Source: Pseudovirgaria hyperparasitica
Taxonomy: Eukaryota
NCBI GenBank assembly: GCA_010093815.1
Contig: ML996566.1
Length of the DNA: 64,000 bases
Strand: one strand, 5' to 3'
Part shown: positions 13,301-24,985 of the stretch, piece after piece
How the letters are laid out: each line of letters opens with the position of its first letter
Numbering within the stretch: position 1 is the stretch's first letter
Translations under genes and position numbers: made by a program
The notes under the pieces: generated by a model
Databases searched by the model: none
The model's input: only the letters and a program-made list of their open reading frames with translations
What the model was told of the DNA's origin: nothing

Positions 13301-14991
13301 TCAGCCGTATTATCCGTAAGTAACTACCATAGAATTACTAGTACTCCCTCTATAGAAGATAGTAGAAGAATATTAGTATATAATGTTCGCGCTATTCGAT
13401 TTATTAAGCTAGAGACTATCCCTCTAAATGCATTTATTAGAATTATATGTGCATTATACGTAAGTGTATTATTAACCTACTGTATCTTTACGTCTATGGC
13501 TATGTTACCCACGATTTTAAGACCGTAAGCTCTAAGTTATATCTACTATCTAACTATACCGCGACTACCGCGGAGGAGATACTAGTTAATAAATGGTGAG
13601 AGATATCTAAGGATATCTATAGTACCACCCGCTTACTTATAGAAGACTTCCTAGATGGCCTACTTAAGGATAATAAGGCGGGAGAACTTAATAAGTACTA
13701 ATAGAGTAGACGTATAGTTCTATGGTGAAAGGAAGCCCCCGTTTCGATCTATATATAGTAGGCCGGATAATGGGACTAGTGCGGCCTCGAATAAGTATAT
13801 ATATAGCGTCTATTATAGTAATATAATGATAAGCTATATATAAAGGTAGGCGATGCGAGAAAGAGGGCGGGTTTAGATACTAAACACCTCGTATAGTTTT
13901 ACCCGACGTGTTTCCAGATCCCACTTACTAAGATTACCTTCTACTCTATAATAGTTATTAGTTATACTCGTCTCGGGTTTAGAGTCGGAGCTACTATTAC
14001 TCTCGCCGGATGGCTATTCCGTAGTAATATAGTCTAGAAGCCGAGTAATACACGCCTTAGTCTTAGCGTTAAAGACTAAAGCTAGGAGGTAGTAGAGATT
14101 CTAGTACGCTTAGATGGCCCCGATAATAAGACGCTAAAGATGCTTCGAGTAATCGCGGAATATTTTCTAGTTCTAATAACGTGCGAGAGGTCGCTATAGC
14201 CTAGGCTCTATTATAGAACGCGCTACTTCTAGGCATAGTAGTCTATTATAAGCGCCTACTATCTTATAGGCTTAGTAGAATAGAACTCTTAGACTAGATA
14301 ATACTATCTTTAGCGGCCCTTCGGTAGATATCTCTAGGATATTAGTAAGTGCGAGGATATCCATGCCTTAGAAGTAGTTAATAAATTTTATGCGTTCTAG
14401 CCATGGATTAACTTTGTCGATAGCGCCGGTTTATACTATATAACCTTCATCTTTAAGGACGTTCTACTAATTTAACTAGAGCTAATCGAGTGTGGTATTA
14501 ATTAGTATATGAGTGTATATAGTGGTACGTGTTATAATCGGGATGAGGCGGTTCAACCGGCCTATATTATATAGGTATTAGTATGGTATATTATCTCTAT
14601 ATCCACGTATCTTATCATCCGCTCTAGGTGGAGCCCCCCTACGCCTATTAAAGAACGCTACATGTTCGTTTTTAATATGTGATTTAAGATTCTTTAAAAG
14701 GCTAAGAACTAATCCGTAGTTCTCGATAATATATTAGAACCCTCTCTTAACCGGAATATATCTTATAGGCCGTGATAGGGCAGCGGGTATTCGAAGGTCG
14801 TCGATTATAGTAGCGGTATAACTAAGCGAGTAAATATAGCTTTTAATAATCTTATGATACTTCGGTCTTATTCCTCGGTATTCTTAAAGGAGGTGGCGGT
14901 CTAGCGCGGATAGGAGGATGGCGCGCTTATAATCTCGATAGATAATTACTCCGGTATCAAGGTCGACGACTAGTAGTAAATCTATAGACAT
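10351..14991 (-). pseudogene. DUF3505/telomere-linked-helicase-type protein: Zn-finger-like N-terminus + tyrosine-recombinase-like core + RecQ-like DExH helicase + Cys-rich C-terminus, RIP-inactivated
   Basis: One frame at all points sampled from ATG 14991. In order: II[C]RD[C]KRAIL..LDRHL; NPWLER; [G]QP[A]RG[P]EILSIRYRN..RNI..KYHKG..RYLP..WYLWLVIP; DYR[Q]; [D]K[Q]A[G]HS..AY[G]R; SPILVI*PTT.GKSLPF; IITPES; LDRVIID[EC]H; ALGLGVN; Y.[Q]ESGRAGRD; CRRVFLDEYLDG; [C]DVC. Brackets are RIP reversions. Confidence 0.9.
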
Positions 14992-15099
14992 CTATATATA
15001 TTCGTATAGTATTAGTAGATTAGCGTCGGGAGTAGACTATGATATATATAATTATATTCCTATAGATAGGTGTGGAAACGGCGATTCTAGACGGCTCTA

Positions 15100-16830
15100 G
15101 AGTAAGGAGTTTTTAGGTCCTTTGGTTTTCGACGGCCGTGCCGTAGGAAATCAATAGCTACTACTAGCCCCGATCTTCGGCTAAGGTATTCTACTATTAG
15201 TATAGTCGCTACTAAATTAGTGTATTTTATTCTCTAATCTACCTTATCATTATCTATAGTACGCATGTCCTATGGCGTACTTAGCCCTAGGCTATGGTCT
15301 TATAGATTAATTAGATTTATAAACTACTCTAGCGCTATATTCATAATATTTTCTAAGGTTATTCTCTCGATCGGGAACTACCTAGGTAGCGTAATGTCTC
15401 CATTTAAAATCTAATATAAATATAGCTTAACACCATAATAAAGTCGTCTAAGCCATAGATAACATCGGTCTACAAGGCCTAGGAAGTCCTCTAGTATACT
15501 AACCCTTATCTTCTAGAAGAAAGAGTCCGTAATTTCGGGTGGTAGTAGAACGAATAACCCGTCGCTAAACCTCTCGCGGATTAACGCCTAGTGCGCGCTA
15601 TAACTTAACCAATCGTTCATTTATTTCTACTGTCTTATCCGCTTAAAGGCCTCCCCTTACTATATATATATATTAATATCTAGGTCCTACGGTTATTCTA
15701 GACTTGGCGTATAATCTCCTATGAGTTGATTAATACGGGCATATAGGCGAGCCTTTATAATTAACCGGATGCCTTGCCTAGTACTAAGGGTGAATGTGCG
15801 GTCTGTTTTCAGTGCCTCCTTAGTAGCGTTTATAGCTTTATATATATCCGCGAGTGCTAGGCGACGTCTAATCCCGATAAGACGCGATGTGTATACTAGC
15901 TTAACGATCTTAAAGTAGAGTATACTAGCCTAGTCTATGAATATACGTACTAAGCGTTCCCTAGTCAACGTCGTATCCCTAATAATAATCTATAGGGGAT
16001 TAAGGCTATAAGACGCTATATCTACCGTCTTACTATCTCGCTATTCTTATATAAGTAATCTAAAGTAAAGTAGCGTTAACGGTAAACCAATCTCTAATGC
16101 GCGATTAAGAAGTTATCTAACTATGTTTATATCTTTAGGGAAGTATTATAATATGCCTATCTAATAAAGATAACTTACATTTATATAGAGCTATACTTTA
16201 TATTTATTCCGTGACGACGGGCTATCGGGGTTAGTAAATGACTCTATAACCTCCCTAAGCATAGCCTCATACTTTACTCTTAACTTAGCCCGGATTTTAT
16301 TACTTACTCTCGTGGTCGTTAGCGGAGTTCTCGTAGTTAACTATTCGTTCTAGTTAGATGTATCGTTACGGCGCCACTTTCTAGGGGGATTTATAGACTA
16401 ACGCTCTTCTTCGTCGTCCTCTTCTCGCTCTTAATCAGTATTATAGACTATTATCTCTAGTTATGCTAGTACTATACGAAGAGCTACCGTGGTGCTAGAA
16501 GTTATATAAGATTATTAAGAGGGTAGGGGAGATGTCGGAGGCGGCGGGCATGTATTAGGAACGAAATCGTCTTCTTTATTATTATTAGGTAAGTCGTTAT
16601 TCATATTAGTAACGTGTAAATAGGCTAGAATCTATTGCTCGTTTAGCTAACGAGCCGCTACCTCTAGTAATCGTACGATAAATAGTGGCGGGCTAGGAAA
16701 CGATAACGGTTGGAAGAAGACGGCTTAAGCTCTATCGCTCCCGCCGATAGGGAAAAGTTTAAATATAATGTCCTATGCTTAACGTATACTATCTATATTA
16801 GGGAGCGGTACTAAGGGGGGTGCTATAGCT
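15100..16830 (-). pseudogene. RIP-degraded orphan gene (~550 codons), unknown function
   Basis: Long protein-like frame broken by TAA/TAG: AVFFQPLSFPSPP, Pro-rich and acidic linkers (EREEDDEEER), and RERF(S/G)DGLFVLLPPEI near 15550. Confidence 0.5.
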
Positions 16831-19800
16831 TATAAAGTTCGTAAGTAGTAGAATAGATTAGAATCGGCGATCCTAGAGGTGTCTTAGAGTACACGATTCT
16901 ATAAGGATTACTAAGGTCCTTAGACGTATGCGTAGGTCGGCGTGTAGTATACCTAGGTACCGATCGCGCACGGTTGGGAAAATCAAAGTAAAAATCGCGA
17001 AAAATACGTAGTTTTTATGTATACTCTTCGCTACCCCCTCCGTGAAAATAATAATTATAAGTTAGCTAGATATAACTTTCGACCATGCGATTTCTTAATA
17101 TATAAAAATTATTCGGATGTAGGCGTGGGAAGGGCTGCCTTTCGACTCTACCTTACGGTGTCTTTTAACTACCTAGTTTTCCTACTAAGAGTCGTGCATG
17201 GTTACCGCCTAGGCCCGTATAATGTTCTTTCGTATATCGAAAGAACGGCTCCTAATTGTTAGCGTTCATTCGCTTATAAAAAAGGATCACTTGTACGTAG
17301 TTATATACTATGGTGCGGCTTCGGCCCTTTAGCGCCTAGGACATAGCCCGGCCATCAGCGTCGGTGCGTTTTAGGTACCGCTGCTCGAGGCATGCGCGCG
17401 TCGCGCTATAGTAGCGCACGGCGTTTAAGCGTGCTAATGCCGGTAGGGTAGGCCCTATGGTACTTCCGCACGGCCCGTGGTGTATACTTTACGCACAAGC
17501 CTATATCCTTAGATAGAAAAATGTAACATGTCTACATTCATAGCGATTCTCGGCCAGAACGTGACTAGGTAACTATAGAATAATTTAGAATAACTACGCA
17601 TTCTAGTCGGAGGTTAGTATTATAACCGACCGACGCTTTCACCTATAAAAGAATAATAAATCTTAGTCCCTAATGAGCCTTTAAGGCGAAAGACATCTAT
17701 TAGTTTATACCTAGCTATCTAGGACTTCTATTACTTATTACTTTTCCTTAACGATTTCTCCCTGCTTTAAATAACCCTAGAAGTAGAAGTACTAATTACC
17801 GCGATAGTTATATCTAATTCCTTCCGCTAGTTCTTATTTAGTATAGTATAGAGCTTTATAATATAAGTCTCTAGCCTTTCGTTCTAATACTATAAATTCT
17901 ATATAGCGTGCCTTATAGCTATAAACTTCTCTATAGAAATCTATAGGGCGGCGGGACCTAGAATAGAGAGAGATAGACTAGCGCGGGCACGCTAAGAATT
18001 ATATAAATTAGCGAAAAGATTTAACGATCGGTATAGAACTATATACCTTTAGTATAGAAACTTCTAGATTAGAGCTATCTTCTCTAAATTTATAGCTCTT
18101 TAGTATATATAAGAAAGGAACCTTAGCCTTTTTACTAGAACCTTTTCTAGAAATTTTAATATTACTAGTATATAGAAAGAAGTCTAAAGTAGTAGAGATT
18201 TTAGTACTATTATAGAGATTAATATATATTAGTAAGAATCTATAATGATTTAAGAAAATAATATTATCTAGTAATTATAGTAATAATAGCTATAGTAGAT
18301 TCTAATAAATCCTTATAGATCTTATTAGAATCGTACTTCTAGGTATAACTCTTACCTTAGATATATAGCTCGTAGAAAGCCTTCTCTAAGGCGTTATAAT
18401 CGGTAGTACTACGCTCCTTATTAGTAGGGGTTACTAGAGGCCTAGTAGTAATCTATACTAATATAAGTAAATCTACGTAAAGTTCTTTAAACTTACTTAA
18501 ATATCTATAAGTAATAATACTTCTTAGTTATATAAGTACTATATATTATAGATTTAGTACTACTATAAGTAATATATAATAGAAAGCGATAACTATAATA
18601 ATATATAGCTAGATTATTAGAGCCTGGCCTAGGTTAGGGTAGATTAATAGCTTTTAATATATCGGTAATATATACGAGATAGAGATTATTTAAAGGCGTC
18701 TATTTCTATACTAATTACTTTAGAGCGTTAAGATTTCGGGAAGCTATATTATAATTATTACTAATTTATATAGATTATTATAAATTATACTATTACTAGC
18801 TAAGGATGGTATAAAAATTAGTAAATTACGTAAATTATACTAAATTATAGTAAATCTATATAAATCTATATCTATAAGAATTAGGTAATATATCTAATAA
18901 TCTAAAAAACTCTATAAAGAGTTAAGAAGTTTTTTAAAGAAAGGAATATTTCTAAGAAAAGATTTTAATATAGGTAGTACCTAGACTTACCTAATTATAT
19001 TACGTGATACGCTAGGCCTAATTAGGTAATCTTATCTATATAAGAAGTTAGGATAGATAAAATCTAGTTTATTAGGAAAATACTTATATAAATCTTAGAT
19101 TAGTAAATATTAGTAAATATCTAAGACGAAGTATAGAGAATAACTAAGGTCTTATAAGACTTAGAATAGGGATATAGAGATAGATAATAATCTAGGTTAC
19201 TAAGGGTAGCTTCCTAGAGAGAAGGGATAATTATTAGAACTTAGTCTTAGGTAGAACCTAATCTATATATACCTTAGCTAATAGAGTTAGGAGATAACGT
19301 AAAGGGCGGTAAATAGTTATATACTAGATAGATTAGCGTCCCTTTATATATATACTCTTAGATTTCTACTAAAAGAGTTCGGTAGTAATTCGTTCTATAA
19401 TAGAATACACCCTATTATTCTATCTAACTACACTACTATCTAATAACCCTATTCTTATATATAGAGTGGTTTACGAAGATAAGAACTTTCTATTATTTAC
19501 TATTTTATATTTAAATAGATAGCGTGAATACTTACTTTAGAGTCTAAGTAGAAGTAATTAAACTATAATAAACCTTCTCTAATAAGGATGCGGCTTATCT
19601 CTAAAGTAGTCTATTATATAGAGTATTCTAGCTTTTCTAAAGGTAAAGGTACTTAGAGAGCTTAGAAGAGTATAAGTAGATTTATAATAAGTATTAATAG
19701 AGTATAAATAGTAACTAGCTAGTAGGCGAGTAAAGTAGTAATTATATTAGTATAAGTTTAAATTAATTACTATAGAACTATCTCTAGAGATCGGGTCTAA

Positions 19801-21687
19801 AGAGTCTATATAGTTCTACTAAGGTCCTCTAATTAGAATACTTATTCTAAGTATTTAGTATATTACTTAGAATACTAATATTCTATTTCTAATTATCTAG
19901 TAGACTACTTAGAATATCTATTCTAAGTATCTATAATTAGTTCTCTCTATAGATGCCTACTTTATCCTTAGATTATTATCTAAGGCTATCTATTATATTA
20001 TAGATACCTCTTCTATATATTATACTATCTCTTATACCACTCGTACTAGAGTCTATATATCCCGCTATGGCCCTAGCTAGTAATTTATTATAGTATATAA
20101 CTATTTACTACTATTTATACTATCTTCTAACTATATTAGCTAAGATATATATAGATTAGATTATATCTAAGACTAAGTTCTAATATAGAGTATTATAGAG
20201 TACTTACTATTATCTATAGTAATAATAACTTTAGACTCTTCTACTATAGGTTTAAAGAGTAGAGTAATAAGTACCTTATATAGTTATAGATAAGTAGATA
20301 TAAAAGTATAGTTAAGGCTTTAGTAATTACTATTAGACTATAGTATTATTAACTACTCTTACTATAATACTAGGTACTATATAAGGTAATAGACTTAGAT
20401 ATATTTATAGAAGAATATAGAGAGATAGAAGTATATATAGAGTAGAAGTAAAAAAAAAATTTTAGTACCTTTTTAATTATAGATTTAATTATTACTTATT
20501 AATAGAATAATAGTCGTTATATTCTATTAAAACTCGAGTATATATTAAGGACTAGGTTTGGATATATATAGATATAAATTTTTTTTCTTTTTTTTTTAGA
20601 TTTATTACCTAAGGAGGTAAATCCCTAGTACTTTTATATTATTATCTATACTTAAGATAATAGTAAGAAGTAGAAGAATTTAATATATAGTAGTTTATTT
20701 AGAGACTAAATAGAAGAGCTAATATCTACTATATCTAATAGTACTTTAGAGTTATTAATAGCGTCTACCATTAAGAGATATTTCTAAGGTTAATTTTTAT
20801 ATTTACTTCTTCTCGATTTATTAAGATAATATATTATAGTATTTAGCTACTATACTCTTAGAAGGGTAAAGATTAATAGTCTAGTAGAGAAGCTAATAAT
20901 ATAGATATAAGAGGGGGGGTATAGTTTTTATTATAGTATATAGAGAACTAACTAAAATAAGGTAAGAGAACGTCTATATACGCCTAATTACTAACCGCTC
21001 TTGTTATCCTTAAGAGGCGGTTGGGAACAACAATTATCCGCCGATTCGAGTAGGAGCCACTCATATGGTCTCCTGCCTCGACAGCGTGTCGATACTAAAT
21101 TCATCACGCAAAGAGCAGCACCACGACGAAAACGGGAAATACTTGTTTAGTGTGCATGTTTAAACTACTTCCATGTGTCTATTTGCCGTTTCCATATTTT
21201 TACTGTCTGCAACCAAACATCCCAAGCTATTGTTTGCGGTGAAAGTAATCTCCAAGGGTGTTCGTTGCTTTAAAGCCGTGGGCCGCATTCAAACATTCCT
21301 TGTCGTTATTCCGCAACTAATATCACATCTTGCAGCCTAGCTTGAAACAGAATAGAGCACCATGACTACAACGAAAGCCGGGAAACGACGAGTCTTGGGG
21401 AAGATGAAATGCAGTCAGCCTGCACCTCGGGCTTCTGTTGATTGTGACAAGCAATCTTTCACTTGAACAGTGTTGAAACAAAGCAAACAGGTAGTGAAAT
21501 TAATGGTGGGAGCAATAGAGGAGAACACCGGATGTAACTAAGGGATATCAAGTGGAAGGTAATCCTACCATGTATGTATATAAAGGGACTATCCCCATGT
21601 AGAGATTCAAAAACTAACTTGTTCTCCTATCACTGACACACACAAAAACAAGACCAGCCTCAATCTGACGAAGCCACGTTATTCGGC

Positions 21688-23112
21688 ATGGCAACCCCGC
21701 CTACTTCCCTCCGCGTCGGAGTCAACTTTCCTTCTTCCGAGCAGAGTCATCTTACGATAGGTGACTATGCTACAGTCGATCCTAGCGACATTATCGTGAA
21801 GGAGTGGTACCTTGTACGAACCGATATTGTCGATATCTTAAAACAACTACCGTGGGCAGTTCTGTCAGTGGTGCGCGGTCACCATTACTCTCTTGAACCT
21901 CAGTTTAGTGCAACCACGATTTTAGGAAAAAACGCCGTTGTCCTTGTCGGAGCGCCTGTGGAATCGCACGCTTCTTGGCAACCCATGGCGGAACACATCT
22001 ACTCCCTCTGCGCACACGCTGGCCTCGGGCATGTTCGTATTATGTTCGAGCCTGTGCCATACCCTTTGACGGCCTTGAACCAGGACCTCTTCGAACCTCC
22101 AGCTAGCCAGCTTCCAGAGGAGGGGCAAGTCCAGCAAACTGTTCCTATGGGTTCAAGTTTTGGGCCGGTTGGAGAGAGAGAGAGCACTGCATCCGTGGGC
22201 GGTACGATCAAGCTCCAGGACAAGGGCAAGGAGCCGGAGCCGTTTCTCCTAAGCGTGTTTCACCCCTTCGATAGTCTTGTCTCTGAACAGGAGAGACTTC
22301 ATGGATATCGGCGAAACACTGCTCAGCCTATCCAGGTGAGGATACCGTCTCCGCAGGATACAGATATCGCAAACGTTTGGAATACTAACCGGATCAACAC
22401 ACTGGAGGGGAGGCTCAAGGTAATGGACGGTAAGTTCAAATTGTTAGGAGACGAAAAGTTCCAAACCCAAGCGGTACAGCTCGAAGAACTCATCAAAGGA
22501 CATCAAGAGGACCTTCGAAAGCTCCATGATGCCACAAATCGACTACCAGGCATCTTGTACTACGGATCGGGTTTCGGACGAGCCACCGACTGGTCGTTGT
22601 CCTTGTTCGAAGATCGCATCCTACAAAACAAGCCGCCTTCAATGAAGAAAATCACGGATTCTATCAGGAACCATCACGTAGACTCAATCGACTTCAAACG
22701 TTTGGGTGAAGAGTTCATGGACGCTGCAACAGTTAGTGCTTTCGCCAGGCCAGAAATCGATGGACTGGCAGTTATGGAAGGGCGCACCTCGGGTCTGACA
22801 TTAGGCAAAGTCAACGCCCTCGAATCGGATATCATCATTATGAAATCTTTAAAGGTAAAGAAAGGACTCAGTTTCGAAGTACGCGCTATTCTAAGCGGAA
22901 AAGGCAAACCGGCCGTCCAGCCGGGCGACTCTGGTGCTTGGTTCGTCAATATGAAGGGCGAGTGGATTGGAAGTGTCGTTGGAACGCATTCCGGGCTGCG
23001 ATCCTCAATCGGGTTGGTTCTGGAAGCGGAGAAGATTGTGGAGGATATTGAAGCTTTCACTGGCTCAAAAGTTGTTTCTCCAGTGCGATCAGAAGTACCA
23101 GGCGCGGTTTAA
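21688..23112 (+). CDS. Trypsin-like (PA clan) serine peptidase domain protein, lineage-specific type
   Basis: Intact 474-aa ORF with a candidate triad His (LSVFHPF), Asp (ATDWSL) and Ser (PGDSGAW), plus GRTSGLTLGKVN. A coiled-coil-like insert lies between His and Asp. No signal peptide evident. Confidence 0.8.
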   Translation: MATPPTSLRVGVNFPSSEQSHLTIGDYATVDPSDIIVKEWYLVRTDIVDILKQLPWAVLSVVRGHHYSLEPQFSATTILGKNAVVLVGAPVESHASWQPMAEHIYSLCAHAGLGHVRIMFEPVPYPLTALNQDLFEPPASQLPEEGQVQQTVPMGSSFGPVGERESTASVGGTIKLQDKGKEPEPFLLSVFHPFDSLVSEQERLHGYRRNTAQPIQVRIPSPQDTDIANVWNTNRINTLEGRLKVMDGKFKLLGDEKFQTQAVQLEELIKGHQEDLRKLHDATNRLPGILYYGSGFGRATDWSLSLFEDRILQNKPPSMKKITDSIRNHHVDSIDFKRLGEEFMDAATVSAFARPEIDGLAVMEGRTSGLTLGKVNALESDIIIMKSLKVKKGLSFEVRAILSGKGKPAVQPGDSGAWFVNMKGEWIGSVVGTHSGLRSSIGLVLEAEKIVEDIEAFTGSKVVSPVRSEVPGAV

Positions 23113-24236
23113 GCATTTAAACCGGTTGAGTTCTTAGATAGGTACCATTCACTCAGTTGTTAATGTGCAACCTCTGCACTCGGGTAGGGTTGATCTCGCC
23201 CAAGTATTCACATCTTTGTTATTATCGTTGCACCGTTTCGCTCTTGTGTGAATGCGCTGCACTCGACTCCAGACTCTCGGTTCTGACCTCATCCACTTGT
23301 ATTTCGTCCGACCGGTCGAACATACAGTATAAGATGCGAGTATGAACATCAATCGTCATAATGCCGACTCCTACATAAAGTTATCGCTTCTCGTAATCTT
23401 CTAACAGAGATGATATCTATCGAATGACTGCTTTGAAGTCCGGGCACGCTCGCTCAGATTACCATTCTGGTTATGCCTTGTTGATTCGCAAGCAGCATCG
23501 TGAAAATTCTGCACGATGGTTCTACAGGCAGATCATTCAGCAAGCCGTTCGCTGGCGACCATGGCAACGACTCTGGCAACATCACGGCCTCAGCGAGGCC
23601 GGAAGCAACTGCATAAGCGATCAAATGGTGAGAATTGGTGTAATGACGGAAGCTTATCGTGAGCGAGGGTCGGGACGCATCCTGCTATGGCGGTGATCAA
23701 GATTTAAGGGAATTCAGTGTATCCCATACGTTCCATCAGACACACACTCGCAATATTATCGGATATCTGCAGCTATAGATTTCGCATGCTCCAGATTACA
23801 GAACAAAATGTTATGTCCATAATCTAGACGACGTGGTCAGGACGTTAAGGCTTACTTATGCGCTTTTGCGACATTCGAAAGACTCTCGCTCGCTGCTGAC
23901 AGCGTTGCTTCGTTGCATTCAATGATCTGTTTACAGCCTTGACTTTTTGGGGCAATTTTAAGAGTGAAAAAGTGACGTACTCTAAGATCTCTTGAGAAAT
24001 CCGATGTGGCTTCAGATACTCGTCACGCCAGCATGCTCTTCGTTGTTTCCCAGCATGTTCATCCAAGTGATCCAGCCGAAGTCTTGAACATCCTCGTGCA
24101 GCCTGAGTTTCTATCCCCATCAAGATAGATCTTCTCACCATTTTCGCAGCCTCACGCTCGGCTGTGAAAAGGGTTCATCCATGGCCACTGCCAAATCAAT
24201 ATGGATGCCCCTTTTGGGGTAGTCTATTGTATGACT

Positions 24237-24985
24237 TTACCGGAGGACAATATCTGACAAAGGGTGATTAGGGTTGACCACAATATCGATCAGATCCTTC
24301 CGATACTGCTCAATATCTTTTCTCAAGGTCCAACCAGCAATTTCCTCGATAGCGATGGATTTTCGAGCTTGGAAGTCTGACTCTGATTCCAACTCTTCCT
24401 CAGGAACCCATATTTTACCAAATGACCTCTCTTTGTAAATTCCAGCAGCAATTAGAGTCGCGAGATGGCGTTCTGGCTCCAACCTATCTAATGATCCTAT
24501 CTGATAATCCTTCAAGCATCGCACAAGGGCGATACAGAGTTCAGCTAGTTTTGGTCGATGAACTTTCAGGTCGAGATTCACCCAGAATTCGGACAATTCC
24601 GTATCCTTAGTTTGAAGGTGTACAAGCGATTGTGGAAGAATTTGTAATAGTGTTGGCGACCTGGTTTTGTCGTCTGAACTCACAAAAAGATGCCCTGCAG
24701 TGCCAAAAACACCGAGACATCGGAGAGAGAGGCTCGGTTCCACGCAGCAAAACCCTGCTTCCAGAAGAATGTGGCAGGCGAGGCCAATGGTCGAGTCGTT
24801 GACAGCGAAAGCAAAGACCTACACTTGACTTAGTAACCTCTTAACGATGAGGATCGATACACGCATACGCTTGTTACAGACGGATACCCAAAAGATTCAA
24901 GCACCTGATCGCCCCACTCGATAAGCTCAATATTATGGTCAAGAAGTCGGCGAACAGCTCGCGGTATTTCACGTGCTGTTGTCAT
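24237..24985 (-). CDS. Hypothetical protein, possibly nucleotidyltransferase-like fold (2 exons)
   Basis: ATG 24985 MTTAREIPRAVRRLLDHNIELIEWGDQVLESFGYPSV, then a GTATGC..TAG intron ~24819-24868, then VFAFAVND..LACHILLEAG joining ORF 24237-24743. The fold assignment is a resemblance only. Confidence 0.6.

Larger units (their letters stand above)
610..17512 (-). mobile_element. Putative RIP-inactivated multi-gene DNA element (YR-like/RecQ helicase + SNF2 + three orphan genes); boundaries approximate
   Basis: Five co-oriented pseudogenes with a similar level of RIP damage, a block-restricted 19-bp palindrome, short arrays at the left end, and more heavily eroded flanks on both sides. Confidence 0.6.
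1..20990. other. AT-rich, RIP-mutated repeat/heterochromatin-like block
   Basis: Pervasive TpA (ctag, tata, ttag), scarce CpA/TpG, no long ORFs. Recoverable frames carry TAA/TAG where Gln/Trp are expected and Tyr where Cys is expected. Abrupt switch to balanced composition near 21,000. Confidence 0.95.

Noticed and set aside
1443..16876. CRISPR array (palindromic repeats)
   Set aside because: Eukaryotic DNA, irregular spacing of 54 bp to several kb, copies inside coding frames, and no cas genes.
17560..20990. Possible Tc1/pogo, retroelement or caspase-like remnants
   Set aside because: Too eroded; no diagnostic motif could be recovered by manual translation.
23149..24141. Short ORFs between the protease and the NTase-like gene
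   Set aside because: No motifs and overlapping on both strands; not supportable.
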